A DNA stretch of 64,000 bases. Origin: Verrucomicrobiota bacterium (lineage in GTDB: Bacteria > Verrucomicrobiota > Verrucomicrobiia > Limisphaerales > SIBE01). The notes beneath the pieces are model-generated. The model saw only the letters and a list, made by a program, of their open reading frames with translations. It did not search any database and was not told the origin of the DNA. The stretch is taken from contig JACQWK010000022.1 of NCBI GenBank assembly GCA_016209525.1, positions 160 through 64,159 of the forward strand. Direction: 5' to 3'. Below are positions 37,401 to 45,844 of this stretch, piece after piece. Each line of letters begins with the position of its first letter. Position 1 is the first letter of the stretch. The position numbers and the translations under genes are program-made.

Positions 37401-40400
37401 TTCGCGGCGCCGGCAACGAAGGTCGCCGTCTTAGAGGCCCCGTTGACCACGAGCGCGCCGCTGTCGGTAATCGTCCCTGCGGCGGTGACGGTCAGATTTC
37501 CGGAGACGGTGGAAGCGCCAAGATCAATGGCGTTGCTGTCCACCAAAGTCACATTGTCGCCCGTCGTGATCGACACGCTGTCGGTGAAATCATTGCCGGC
37601 AGCATTCAGGGTAATATCGTTGGCCGCTCCCGCCGCTAGAGTAGTAGTGCCCGCGACCGCTAGATTGCCGCTGTCGGTGATCGCACCTGAGGCCGCTATC
37701 GAGAGGTTTCCGGATATCGTCGAGGCCCCCAAGTCAATGGCGGTTGCATCCACCAAAGTCACGTTGTTGCCCGAGGTGATCACAACCGTCGCGAAATCGT
37801 TGGCCGCACTGTCCAGCGTGATGTGGTTGACCGATCCCGCGGCCAACGTCGCCGTTCCGACAATCGTCAGCGCGCCGCTATCCGTGATCGCGCCAGTCGC
37901 CGTCACCGACAATGCGCCGGAGACTGTCGAGGCAGCCAGATCGATTCCGTCGGTGTCCACGATGGTCACATTATTGCCGCTGGTGACCGTGACCATGTCG
38001 AAATCGCCGCCTCCATCCAGCGTGATGTTGTTGGCTGCGCCGGCGGCGAACGTGGCCGTCGGCGCGGTCACGGTCCCGCTGTCGGTAATGGCCCCGTTGC
38101 CTGTGGTGACTGAGAGGGCCGTCGTTACCTGCAAGCCAGCCTGGATATCGAAACCGCCAGAAGTATCGATGACTGTAATGCTCGCCAAGGTAGTAGCCGG
38201 CGCGAACGTTACACTGCCGCCGAAGGCGCTTCCGGAACTGTCGAGGAAAATTGATTGGCCTGCCGAGGCCGTGAAACTGGAAGTGCTACCTACGCTGATG
38301 TCGCCCGAATCCGTTATCCCGCCGCCCGCTGTGGCGGTCACGCTGAGTGCCCCGGTCACCGAGGACGCTCCAATGTCAATGTCATCGGCGTCCACCACCG
38401 TGGCGTGGAGGCCGCTGATCAATTGGACGGTCGTGAAATCATTGCCGGCGCTGTCCACCACGATGCTGTTGGCGCCACCCGTCGAGGTGAACGAAGCGAC
38501 TTTGCCTGATCCATTGACAATCAGATCGCCGCTGTCGGTGATGCCGGCGGCTGTCACCGTGAGGTTGCCGCTCAAAGTTAACGCATGCAGGTCCAAGGCG
38601 GTGGTGTCATTGATCGTCACGTCTTGCAGCCCGCTGGCTGGAGAAAATGTAACGGTGCCCGTGAAGGTACTTGCAGAATCCAAGAGGATGGATGCTCCGA
38701 CACTGGCGGTAAATGTCGAGGTCCCGCTCACGCTGATCGCGCCTGAGTCCGTTATATTTCCGGTCGTGGCAGTCACACCGAGATTGCCACCGGTCGAGGA
38801 AGTTCCGAGATCAATCCCGGAGGCCCCCACGACCTCGACGGCATTGGCGCCGGTGTTGCTAAAGCGGAACGTCGCGAAGTCATTGGCGGAGTTGCTGAGC
38901 GTGATGGCTCCCGCTCCCGCCGTGAAGGAGGCCGTCTTGCCGGAACCATTTGCCGTAATCGCTCCGCTTTGCGTGATGGCGCCCGAGGTTGTCACGGTGA
39001 AATTCCCTGAAACCGTGGATGCCCCAATGACGATCGCGTTGGCATCCACGAGCGTCACATCGTTGCCGGAAGTGATCAAGACCGTCGAAAAGTTGTTCGC
39101 CGCGCTGTCGAGCGCGATGTTGTTGGCGGCACCGGCCGCGAGCGTCGTTGTTCCTGTCACCGCCAGAGTTCCTGAATCAGTGATGGCGCCGGAAGCTGTC
39201 ACGGACAATGTTCCCGAAACGGTGGAAGTACCCAGGTCGATCGCACCGGCATCGACCAGCGTCACATTGTTCCCTGTTGTAATCGCGACCGCTGAGAAAT
39301 TGTTCGCCGTGCTGTCGAGCGTGATGCTGTTTGCCGAGCCTGCGGCGAACGTGGCCGTTCCGGCGACCGACAGGTTGCCGCTGTCCGTGATTGCGCCGCT
39401 CGCGGTGACGGACAGGGTTCCAGAGACCGTCGAGGCGCCCAAGTCAATTGCGTTGGCGTCCACGATCGTGACGTTGTTCGCCGAGGTGATTGAAACCGCA
39501 CCTACGAAATTGTTGCCCGTCCGGTCCAGAGTTATGTTGTTGCCGGCGCCTGCGGCCAGAGTGGTGGTTCCCGACACAGTAATATTGCCGCTATCGGTAA
39601 GCGCGCCACCCGCCGTCACGGAGAGGTTTCCTGAAATGACCGAAGAGGCGAAATCAAAGCCGCTGGTATCCGTCAAAGCGACGTTGTTGGCGGAGTTGAG
39701 ATCGACCGTGGTGAAGTTATTGCCCGCGCTGTCCAAGGTGACGTTGTTGGCCGATCCCGCGTCAATGCTCAAGGTGCCACCCACCACGATGTTTCCGCTG
39801 TCGGTTACATCGCCGCCGGAGCTGATGCTGGTTTGCAGGTCAAAGTCTCCGGAAATCGTCGAGGCTGCTAGGTCGATGCCGTTTGCCTCATCGATAGTGA
39901 CATTATCAGCGCTGGTGATCGCGAGCGTGCCAATGGTGATCGTCCCGTTCAGGACCACGTCGTGCGAGGAGCTGGAGGAGAATGTGGCTGTCGGCGCCAC
40001 CAAAGTCATGCCGTCCGTGATATTGCCATTCGTTGTGCTGATGGACAAAGAGCTGGTGACGGTGAGCCCGGACTGAATGGCGAAGCTGCCGGCCGTGTCA
40101 ACGATCGTGATGTTGGCCAAGGTCGTCGCCGGGGCAAACGTCACGCTCCCCGTGAAGGCGTTGCCCGAGCTGTTTAGTGTGATCGAGCGGCCCGCTGAGG
40201 CAGTGAAAGTGGACGTGCCGGACACGGAAATGTTGCCGGAATCCGTAATATCGCCACCCGAGGTCGCCGTCACGGCCAGGGTCCCCGAAACCGTCGATGC
40301 CCCTAAATCAATGGCGTTGGCATCAACCAAGGTCACGTTGTCGCCGCTCGTAATCGAAACGGCACCGGTGAAATCATTGCCGGCCGAATTCAGCGTAATA

Positions 40401-42694
40401 ATGTTGGCCGAGCCCGCCGCCAGCGTGGTCGTTCCCGCCACCGAAATATTGCCGCTGTCGGTGATGGCGCCGTTCGCAGTGACAGAAAGGTTGCCCAAAA
40501 CGGTCGAGGCCCCCAAGTCAATCGCCGAAGCATCCACCAGCGTCACATTGTTGGCGGTGGTGATGGAAACGCCGCTCGTGGTGAAGTTGTTGGAAGCGAC
40601 ATCGAGGGTGATATTGCCACTGGCCGAAAGCGTGGTCGTCCCGGTGCCGTTCACGATGGTAGCTTCCGTGTCCGTAATGTCACCCCCCGAAGCCGTGAGG
40701 GTGACGCTGCCATTGCTCGCCGTGACAATACCGGCGAGGCCACCCAAGGACGCCCCGCCAATGTTGAATCCGGACGTCGGAGACAGGAAATGAACACCGC
40801 CGCCTTGGCTGCTCGCTTCCACATTGGCGACGTTAATGCGCAGGGGCGCTCCGGACGCGCCAATCCCGCCGCCGGATGAAGTGGTAATGCTGAATGCCGC
40901 CGAACTCGCGGTGACTAACTGCGTGGCATCAGCCCTCAAGATGTCGAGTCCGCTGTCATCGGTATCGGTGATTTGGACCAAAACGTGGCCCGATCCCACG
41001 TTCAAAGTCGCCAAGGTAATGTCGCCAGCAACCTCGCTGCCGGCGTCCTCGTTGGCGACCGTGATCGTAATATTGCCGTTGTTTGCGGAAGTATCGATCG
41101 ACGACGCGGCATACATGGTGAACGCTCCAGTCCCCGAATTGTCGCGATTCGCATCCTGGGAAGTTCCATCGTTGGCTGTGGCAGTGAAGGAGCCTTTCAG
41201 AATGACGTTTCGGGCTGCCCCGTTTCCGATGAGAATCTGCCGGCCAGCCTGTAACGTGAGATTGCCGCTGCCGGCATTGCCGGAAGCATCGATACTGTCG
41301 GTAACAGTAATGTCGTTGTTCGCCTGAAGGGTCACATTGCCGCCGTTAAGGCCTGTGACAATTGTCGCTGGAGCGATCGTTTCAGTACCCGTGGGATTGT
41401 CGCTGAATTGGTCAACGGCGGTGAGCGCCGCTCCGCCACCCGTTTGAATCGTGATATTCTTCGGGTCCAAGAGAAGGGTTCCCCCCTGGCCGTGAGGCGA
41501 GCTAAGCCTTGCGCTGCCGCGGTAATCCAGATGCTCCTTGCCGGATACTTCGGCGAAACCACCGTCGCCGGATTCTAGACCGCCTTGGGCGCTGATTGAG
41601 CCGTAGAATTGCGTGAAATCGTCGCCCCAAACAATGACCTTGCCGCCGTCTCCCTGGCGAAGAGCGTCGGCCTTGATCTTCGCGCCCGATCCCACCAGCG
41701 TCTGTTGAGCATTCTTGATCTCGGGATTTGCGCCTTTCCAGTCCCCGCCAATCAGGGCCGTGCCGCCTCCAATTTCCCCGGTCACATTCACGGAGGCACT
41801 CCCTTTGAGCCCAACCCGATCTCCCAGCACCTGCACTTCCCCGCCAAATCTGCCGGAAGCGTCGAGGACGCCTGTGCTCACTACGGTGCCTGACTCGGCC
41901 TGCAGCACGATTTTGCCGCCTTCGTTCGCGACCGTGGTGGCTCGGATGATTCCGGCGTTGTTGATGGCCAGAGCGTGGACATTGCCGCCCGCCGCCGCTA
42001 AATGCGCGCGAGACGTTTCGATCAAGCCCGAGTTGTCAATCGATCCCCCGGTCCCCGCAAGGACTGCGATCGGGCTGTCTTTCTCTCCGATGATCACCTC
42101 AGTTCCGGCGGCCAAGGAGACCTTCCCATTCGGTGCCCGGATGGCGCCTGAATTCTCGACTTTCCGCGCGACCAGAAAGACGTTGCCTTCGACCGCGGCA
42201 ATGGTTCCTTGGTTCACAACGGGCTCGGTCGAGCTCCCTCTCAAGGTTAGCTTGGCCTGCCCTGGCGTCTGGGCGGCGCGCATGAATTCGTCTTCGGAAA
42301 GTTTCAGCGTCGAGGCTAGAAAACCGCGCGTGTTGATCTGGCCGCTTGGCCCAACGAGGATGCCGGCCGGATTCACGAGAAACACCTGGCCGTTGGCTTC
42401 TAGGGACCCGTAGATCGCGGAAACATCGCCTCCCAGCACGCGGTTCAGCGCCGCAGCATTGGCACCCGGCTGTACAAACCGCGTTAGCTCGCCTTGACCA
42501 ATTGAAAAGCCTTGCCAGTCAATGATGGCACGGTCAGTCGCTTGGCGGATCGTTAACGTGTTCGGGAGGGTCCGGTCGAAGGTGGCCATGCCGGCTTGGA
42601 CACTTTCTCCGAAAGGACTCGCTTCGGCGTAGGGGATCGCCAGAAAAGCGATCAGTACGGCGGTGTGAACCACGAATGACAGACTACGCTTCAC
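31406..42694 (-). CDS. Giant two-partner-secretion exoprotein (TpsA; filamentous-haemagglutinin-type beta-helix adhesin), 3762 aa
   Basis: GTG at 42694 gives a clean signal peptide MKRSLSFVVHTAVLIAFLAIPYAEA (the ORF track starts at TTG 42733). TPS domain: ...LTIRQATDRAIIDWQGFSIGQGELTRFVQPGANAAALNRVLGGDVSAIYGSLEANGQVFLVNPAGILVGPSGQINTRGFLASTL. The remainder is G/T/S/N/A-rich beta-helix repeats that run to the C-terminus (...TVTLGSGATISPPP). Confidence 0.9.
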   Translation of the reverse strand: MKRSLSFVVHTAVLIAFLAIPYAEASPFGESVQAGMATFDRTLPNTLTIRQATDRAIIDWQGFSIGQGELTRFVQPGANAAALNRVLGGDVSAIYGSLEANGQVFLVNPAGILVGPSGQINTRGFLASTLKLSEDEFMRAAQTPGQAKLTLRGSSTEPVVNQGTIAAVEGNVFLVARKVENSGAIRAPNGKVSLAAGTEVIIGEKDSPIAVLAGTGGSIDNSGLIETSRAHLAAAGGNVHALAINNAGIIRATTVANEGGKIVLQAESGTVVSTGVLDASGRFGGEVQVLGDRVGLKGSASVNVTGEIGGGTALIGGDWKGANPEIKNAQQTLVGSGAKIKADALRQGDGGKVIVWGDDFTQFYGSISAQGGLESGDGGFAEVSGKEHLDYRGSARLSSPHGQGGTLLLDPKNITIQTGGGAALTAVDQFSDNPTGTETIAPATIVTGLNGGNVTLQANNDITVTDSIDASGNAGSGNLTLQAGRQILIGNGAARNVILKGSFTATANDGTSQDANRDNSGTGAFTMYAASSIDTSANNGNITITVANEDAGSEVAGDITLATLNVGSGHVLVQITDTDDSGLDILRADATQLVTASSAAFSITTSSGGGIGASGAPLRINVANVEASSQGGGVHFLSPTSGFNIGGASLGGLAGIVTASNGSVTLTASGGDITDTEATIVNGTGTTTLSASGNITLDVASNNFTTSGVSITTANNVTLVDASAIDLGASTVLGNLSVTANGAITDSGNISVAGTTTLAAGSANIITLNSAGNDFTGAVSITSGDNVTLVDANAIDLGASTVSGTLAVTATSGGDITDSGNISVSGTSTFTASAGRSITLNSSGNAFTGSVTFAPATTLANITIVDTAGSFAIQSGLTVTSSLSISTTNGNITDGMTLVAPTATFSSSSSHDVVLNGTITIGTLAITSADNVTIDEANGIDLAASTISGDFDLQTSISSGGDVTDSGNIVVGGTLSIDAGSANNVTLDSAGNNFTTVDLNSANNVALTDTSGFDFASSVISGNLSVTAGGALTDSGNITVSGTTTLAAGAGNNITLDRTGNNFVGAVSITSANNVTIVDANAIDLGASTVSGTLSVTASGAITDSGNLSVAGTATFAAGSANSITLDSTANNFSAVAITTGNNVTLVDAGAIDLGTSTVSGTLSVTASGAITDSGTLAVTGTTTLAAGAANNIALDSAANNFSTVLITSGNDVTLVDANAIVIGASTVSGNFTVTTSGAITQSGAITANGSGKTASFTAGAGAITLSNSANDFATFRFSNTGANAVEVVGASGIDLGTSSTGGNLGVTATTGNITDSGAISVSGTSTFTASVGASILLDSASTFTGTVTFSPASGLQDVTINDTTALDLHALTLSGNLTVTAAGITDSGDLIVNGSGKVASFTSTGGANSIVVDSAGNDFTTVQLISGLHATVVDADDIDIGASSVTGALSVTATAGGGITDSGDISVGSTSSFTASAGQSIFLDSSGSAFGGSVTFAPATTLASITVIDTSGGFDIQAGLQVTTALSVTTGNGAITDSGTVTAPTATFAAGAANNITLDGGGDFDMVTVTSGNNVTIVDTDGIDLAASTVSGALSVTATGAITDSGALTIVGTATLAAGSVNHITLDSAANDFATVVITSGNNVTLVDATAIDLGASTISGNLSIAASGAITDSGNLAVAGTTTLAAGAANDITLNAAGNDFTDSVSITTGDNVTLVDSNAIDLGASTVSGNLTVTAAGTITDSGALVVNGASKTATFVAGAANNITLDSAANNFTTIKVDNGAAGNDANHVTVVDVNAVDLGAITMAGNLSVTTAGAITDSGTLSIGGTTALTASGGGNDIVVNGSGHNFTGSVSLAGGRNATLTSDNTLILGTVSLTAGNLTVTTTNDDVTDSGTITVNGSGKTATFDLGTGSLTLDSAANDFTTVTITSATDATLVDANALNLGASVLSDDLTVTAASLTDSGNVAVAGDTIFNVSGNLTLDNAGNSFGPVVTFSVNPANLSIVDTTAFDLPTLSTGNLTVKAAGITDSGNLTISGATSMTSTGANDIVLNGTGHSFAGAVSLTSAQNATIVAASALNLGASSITGNLTATSSHAGGITDSGTVTVGGTSSFTTTADGADINLGTLAVTGQATVNTTASSDNGNVTLGGSANLTVAPASVIDGSLTVAITGSAKLILVAGTFTSSAAQSYSGPVQLNGNVTLTSSGNGNIGFGSSATINANAATSATLTVNTGGTTTFNGTVGATQALAGLTTDSVGTTSIGAGALTSVFFDFNDPVTLTANTTLTAMQSANSIDLSSTVNGAFNLTLSASDIHFSGIIGGTTPVKLLKTSLGTGTVTLNTATIAAASVDFRDAIVLSQPATTMTLSGSGSFKAIDGTTASGQSLNVTISSGAGNITFGGSIGNTVRLNTLAANTATGLIKLAGAIIKADTVTFGDAVQLASNLSIAATDVTFDGTLNADAASQNRTLTIVASNDVSFTGLIGGSVSLGALDIQSGGAPLGLKGNLKAATVTFRSPVELTDAVNITGTTVSFLNTVDSDATPRALTINASGAVSFEGEIGGTSPLDSLVTSSGGSTTVKADIHTTNKQTYGNHVIVGADVTLDSSAGNITFNKTVNADSSGSGRHLEIDVAGAKSVTFGGKVGVGSDGLFGTSDDGTFGSIEVSGGTLTINGSVVNATTQDYTGTTVNLGANTTFFGQEIAFSGVNAGAKDLTITMSGTTTLDSAFSGVRNLTLNGGGTTVVADTIATTGNQTYSDNLSLSADATLQAGGTLTLGAVDGNSHNLTLTGAGLTTLAGAITEVAALTSNGGGTTAVSTASLTTTGAQTYADAVQLLSDVTLAASTVTFNGTVNSDSAVTARDLTVTSAGATIFGKAVGTTAKLDTLTSDGGGTTQFNSAVTANTVNITDDFIVGGTVVIKAQPTVALDGDVTFSGTVNHATTDGGGSLTVNASDVITFAGAIGNTFNPGTIATGTTGSTVFQIATIEAATVNLQNPVTLKAAATTFSGATLTFGSTLSGDDPANTLTLATTGNATFNGTVSNFASLTTPATGTTFVKGLIDVPVQNYRNSFKASGVGTITTGTRLTASTSVDFDGTVNGATAGANWLQINSPTTTFGGAVGTVANLKGMETDGSGTTIFETGANSVKVGTLTIKDPAQFDASTTTIAGTTITFESTVSGVGGNEILNLNATGVTTFGGSVSGLTSLTTDSAGSVLVNGSGGSFTATGTIKFGDSVTLNAHTTVNAPTVTFSKAVTFGAHETIDLTVNASGVTTFNGAVGNASFGVRTLTTDDAAGNDSTRIGSAIYGKTIVFNDPVTVTGNANVVPSSSLSFQSTVNGATPGTQSLTLGSATSLGTSTLNGIVGGSVKLKSFASAGTGALKFKSTEVKAGIQTYGSPVLLEENVTFSGTTVTFNGAVNADSESAARQLTVNASGVTTFGTIGNLEPIASVTTDSAGTTKLKDSDITVTTLLFKDKVTVSGTASLAAATVTFERSVNSAAANSTPSGELTVTASGVTTFADSIGFGTVVSNTKSHRPLLALTSNGGGTTIFKSDVKATTLAIADAVTLAGNSTINVTDATFGSSIDSDTDNSRTLTVNASHNATFNGTVGVSKILKAFLVDPAATLAGTITLGTSILRATTVTLRDTLELTGNTSILGTTIQLGPVRGQDGIDHALTLNASTKTILTGNLTDLTVLTVLGGGSTVFGATGVSSLSVTSTGDQTYSGNIQVLPNTAVTLNGSTVSYGGTVTLGSGATISPPP
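36900..40800 (-). repeat. Internal coding repeat array of the TpsA gene: roughly twenty tandem ~70-aa units anchored on an (I/L)TDSG motif (boundaries approximate)
   Basis: Recurring unit such as AITDSGNLSVAGTATFAAGSANSITLDSTANNFSAVAITTGNNVTLVDAGAIDLGTSTVSGTLSVTASG. Counted by eye from the translation. This array also creates the long antisense ORF 37158-40076. Confidence 0.7.
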
Positions 42695-43049
42695 TGAAAA
42701 ATCATGCCAAAAGACCCTATCTCTCAGGGGCAATAGACCCTATATGTAAGCAAAGCGTCTGCCACTGTCAAATGTGGGAATTCCTGCCGTGGCACACGCC
42801 CGGCTCCTTCGACGCGGCAATCCCCGCGTTTTTTCTCAAGATACACAAGAGATTATATCGGTCGTTTGGTGTGCTAACTCAAGCGCAAACAGGAGGTTAG
42901 GAAGGCTTGGTTGATTTGCGTGAGCATCCATGCATGAACTTTCACATCGGCTTCTAACCTTGAGTTCGTAAGTTATTGAGGCAGAATAATCAACCGAAGA
43001 AGATCGGCTTGCCGTGGATCGGGATTGTTTCCTTGGCAATGGAGTTCGA

Positions 43050-45752
43050 TCACATCTGTCCGCGAGTCACACCAAGCTGGTTGAAAAGTTTGAGCTCTCG
43101 CCAAAGCTCAGCGCCAGTTATTTCACCCCGCAGCAGCAGGGTATATTTCTCCACAGTCCTGGCAACTTGCTCGGCTGTTTCATTCAGAAACTCAATCCGG
43201 AAGCGGCGCACACCGAGGTTGACGAGGCGGGAGACGCATTCCGCGCCGGTCTGGGCTATGGCATTGAACAGCGTGTTTCGGCAACCGGCATCCGCTTTTA
43301 GCGGGTGCTCGGCACCGACTCGATCCCGAAGTTTCACTTCATGTGTGTCGCAAGGGCGGCCACAATTCCTGTAATCGGTGCCCTTGGAAAGGAAGGCGCA
43401 GAAAACACAGTGCTCCATATGAAATAGCGGCATGTGCTGATGAATGGTGATCTCGAACCACTGCGGAGGCGCGGATCGCAGCAAGGCCTCAAGTTGCCGG
43501 AAATTCAAATCGTAAGAGGCGGTCACGCGCTCCAGACCAAAACGGCGGACGAAATATTCGGCGCTCAAGGGATTGGCGATATTCAGCGAGAAATCGCCGA
43601 TGCGCCGCGCATCGCGGAAAACCTCAAGGTGATCGTAATTTCGAACCAAATAGCCATCGGCACCGCAAGACCGAACCTGTTGCAGAATCCAATCTTCGCC
43701 CATTTTGAAAATGCGAGGCGGAGCCACAAAGATTTGGGATTTCAGAATCGAGATTTCAGAATAGGGATTCGAAACCCCATGCGTCCTTTGACCCTGCCAA
43801 TCGCGGAAGCGCTGCACAGCCGTGCGGTATTTTTTCGGGTCCTCGAATTCGCAATAGAGCGTCTCGATGCCGCATCCGAGGACAACTTCAAGCTGCTCGA
43901 GGCTTCGGACAAGGACAACGAGTTCGGGGAAGGTTGCCTGGGGACAAGACTGCGAGGTCGTTGCCGCCGAAAGGTCAGCAGGCGCTGATCTAGCTCCGGG
44001 AGAATTCATGGTCCAGCGTACTGGACGCGCCCGCACGGCTTCGAGATGAGCCACCATTTCGCGTCGAAGGCGGTTGAGTTCGCTCAGGGGCAACATCACG
44101 AGGCCTTCCAACCGGTTCTCCAGGTCACCCAACTGGAATGGCGTTCCGCCGAGGCGGCCGAGTTGCTCCCGTAGCCGCTCCAGGTTCAGGGGTTGGTTGT
44201 CTGCCCTCACCAAGGGGACCCGCGACTGGAGTTGCGCGAGGTGGCCGGCTTCGTCGCGCGCGATCATTGTCAACGGCCTTCCAACAGAGCCGCGGACTTC
44301 GAGCCGCAGGAGCCGCCTGAAGTGTGGTTTGTCCCCCGCGAACGTCCCGCGAATCTTGCGGTGCAATTCGGGATCGCTTGTTTTCCAGACTCTGTCGCCG
44401 ATGTGAAGCCGCGCAAAATCAAGCTGGCCATTGGCGAATTCGATCCAAGTCTCGGCTCCTTTGTTTTCCAGGCGAAAGACACGGCCGCCTTCCTCTTCTT
44501 CCTCCGGATGCCCCGCATCAAAGACAACACCGTCGCCGGGTCTGAGCGCGCCGGCCAAGCGTACGGCGACCGCGTCGCTCCGAAGCCGCACAACTTCTCC
44601 CAAATAGGCCCCTCGTTTTTTCCCAAAACGCGCGTGGACAAGCTCTTGGTTGTTCGTGCCCCGAAGCCAACCGGTGGAGAGGCCACGCGAGAACGCCATC
44701 TCCAAGTCGTATCGAGATTCCCGAACGGCGCAATTCATTACACCTTCAACCTCGCGGGTAATGGTGTAGCCCGGTGAGGTCTGACGATCATATTCGTCGA
44801 AAAGGCGATCGAGCGTCCTCCGATAGACACGCGTAATGTTCGCCACGTATTCCGGACTTTTCAGACGGCCCTCAATCTTCAGCGATGCGACGCCGGCTCG
44901 GATCAAATCGGGCAAGACTTCGAGGCCGGCCAGATCCTGTGGACTGAGCAGATAGCGCCGGTCACCCAAAGGAACGCGCCGGCCATCGGAGATGAGTTCG
45001 TAAGGCATTCGGCAAGCCTGAGCGCACTCCCCTCGATTCGCGGACCGGCCTCCGAGCGCCTCGCTGGTCAGACACTGGCCCGAATACGCCACGCATAACG
45101 CTCCGTGAACGAACACCTCCAGAGGCAGCGTGGAGCGTCGAGCGTGGGGCGTGGAAGCGTTCTGGAGGAATTCAGGAGCCGGTGGCTCCGCCGTCGCCAC
45201 GATTCTTTCAATGTCCTTGATCGAGCATTCACGCGCCAGCACAACCAAACTGCACCCGAGCTCCTTGGCGAACTGGATTCCCGCAGCGCTCGTGATCGTC
45301 ATCTGCGTCGAAGCATGTATCGGGAAGTCCGGCGAGATCTCCCGGATCAGACGGCAGATGCCGGCGTCCTGCACAATGGCGGCGTCCACTCCCGCCGAGA
45401 TGAGCGTCCGCAACCGGTGTTCGGCATCGGCGAGTTCGTCGGCAAAGACGAGCGTGTTGAACGTGACGTAGCCTTTGACGCCGCGGCGGTGGAGGAACTG
45501 CATCAATTCGGGCAAGTCGGCGTCAGTGAAGTTTCGGGCGCGCATCCTGGCATTGAAGCGAGCCAGGCCAAAGTAGATCGCGTCAGCGCCATTTTCGACG
45601 GCGGCTTTGGCGCAGTCCCAATCGCCGGCGGGAGCCAGAAGTTCGGGCAAACGGCGTGGTAATACTTCCGGAGCCGAGTGATGCGTAAACTCGGCACGGG
45701 TGGACAGCCCGGCGGGGGCCTCCAGGCAGGTCGTCTGATTTACCAGAGTCAC
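43050..45752 (-). CDS. U32-family peptidase-like protein, long (two-module) form with DUF3656-like middle region
   Basis: 900 aa. PELLAPAGDWDCAKAAVENGADAIYFGLARFNARMRARNF...; second module ...ELVVLVRSLEQLEVVLGCGIETLYCEF...CVFCAFLSKGTDYRNCGRPC.... GTG start at 45752. Confidence 0.8.
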   Translation of the reverse strand: MTLVNQTTCLEAPAGLSTRAEFTHHSAPEVLPRRLPELLAPAGDWDCAKAAVENGADAIYFGLARFNARMRARNFTDADLPELMQFLHRRGVKGYVTFNTLVFADELADAEHRLRTLISAGVDAAIVQDAGICRLIREISPDFPIHASTQMTITSAAGIQFAKELGCSLVVLARECSIKDIERIVATAEPPAPEFLQNASTPHARRSTLPLEVFVHGALCVAYSGQCLTSEALGGRSANRGECAQACRMPYELISDGRRVPLGDRRYLLSPQDLAGLEVLPDLIRAGVASLKIEGRLKSPEYVANITRVYRRTLDRLFDEYDRQTSPGYTITREVEGVMNCAVRESRYDLEMAFSRGLSTGWLRGTNNQELVHARFGKKRGAYLGEVVRLRSDAVAVRLAGALRPGDGVVFDAGHPEEEEEGGRVFRLENKGAETWIEFANGQLDFARLHIGDRVWKTSDPELHRKIRGTFAGDKPHFRRLLRLEVRGSVGRPLTMIARDEAGHLAQLQSRVPLVRADNQPLNLERLREQLGRLGGTPFQLGDLENRLEGLVMLPLSELNRLRREMVAHLEAVRARPVRWTMNSPGARSAPADLSAATTSQSCPQATFPELVVLVRSLEQLEVVLGCGIETLYCEFEDPKKYRTAVQRFRDWQGQRTHGVSNPYSEISILKSQIFVAPPRIFKMGEDWILQQVRSCGADGYLVRNYDHLEVFRDARRIGDFSLNIANPLSAEYFVRRFGLERVTASYDLNFRQLEALLRSAPPQWFEITIHQHMPLFHMEHCVFCAFLSKGTDYRNCGRPCDTHEVKLRDRVGAEHPLKADAGCRNTLFNAIAQTGAECVSRLVNLGVRRFRIEFLNETAEQVARTVEKYTLLLRGEITGAELWRELKLFNQLGVTRGQM

Positions 45753-45787
45753 GTTTCGGGTGGGCAGTTCGATCTAATTCCGGTGCA

Positions 45788-45844
45788 AGTCGGACACTCC
45801 TGACCGCATGATCCTTGAGAACCTGCGGACTGGAGTGTCCGACT
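45788..45844. repeat. CGGACACTCC-type palindromic element (copy 1)
   Basis: AGTCGGACACTCC (45788-45800) pairs perfectly with GGAGTGTCCGACT (45832-45844), plus inner CCGCA/TGCGG pairing. Shares the CGGACACTCCTG core with 61237-61305. Confidence 0.75.

Noticed and set aside
37158-40076. 972-aa plus-strand ORF (and the many other long plus-strand ORFs between 31.6 and 42.4 kb)
   Set aside because: Antisense shadows of the TpsA repeat region. Their composition is dominated by V/P/A/S/L runs mirroring the G/T/A/N/S codons of the real gene. They have no start context and are mutually overlapping.
36900-40800. CRISPR-like periodicity
   Set aside because: The periodic signal is a protein-coding tandem repeat (period ~210-225 bp, in frame, inside a verified ORF). 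It is not short repeats separated by unique spacers.
42712-42743. Direct repeat AGACCCTAT x2 (42712-42720, 42735-42743) upstream of the TpsA start as an operator
   Set aside because: Two 9-mers 23 bp apart could arise by chance. There is no palindromy or known motif. Noted only.
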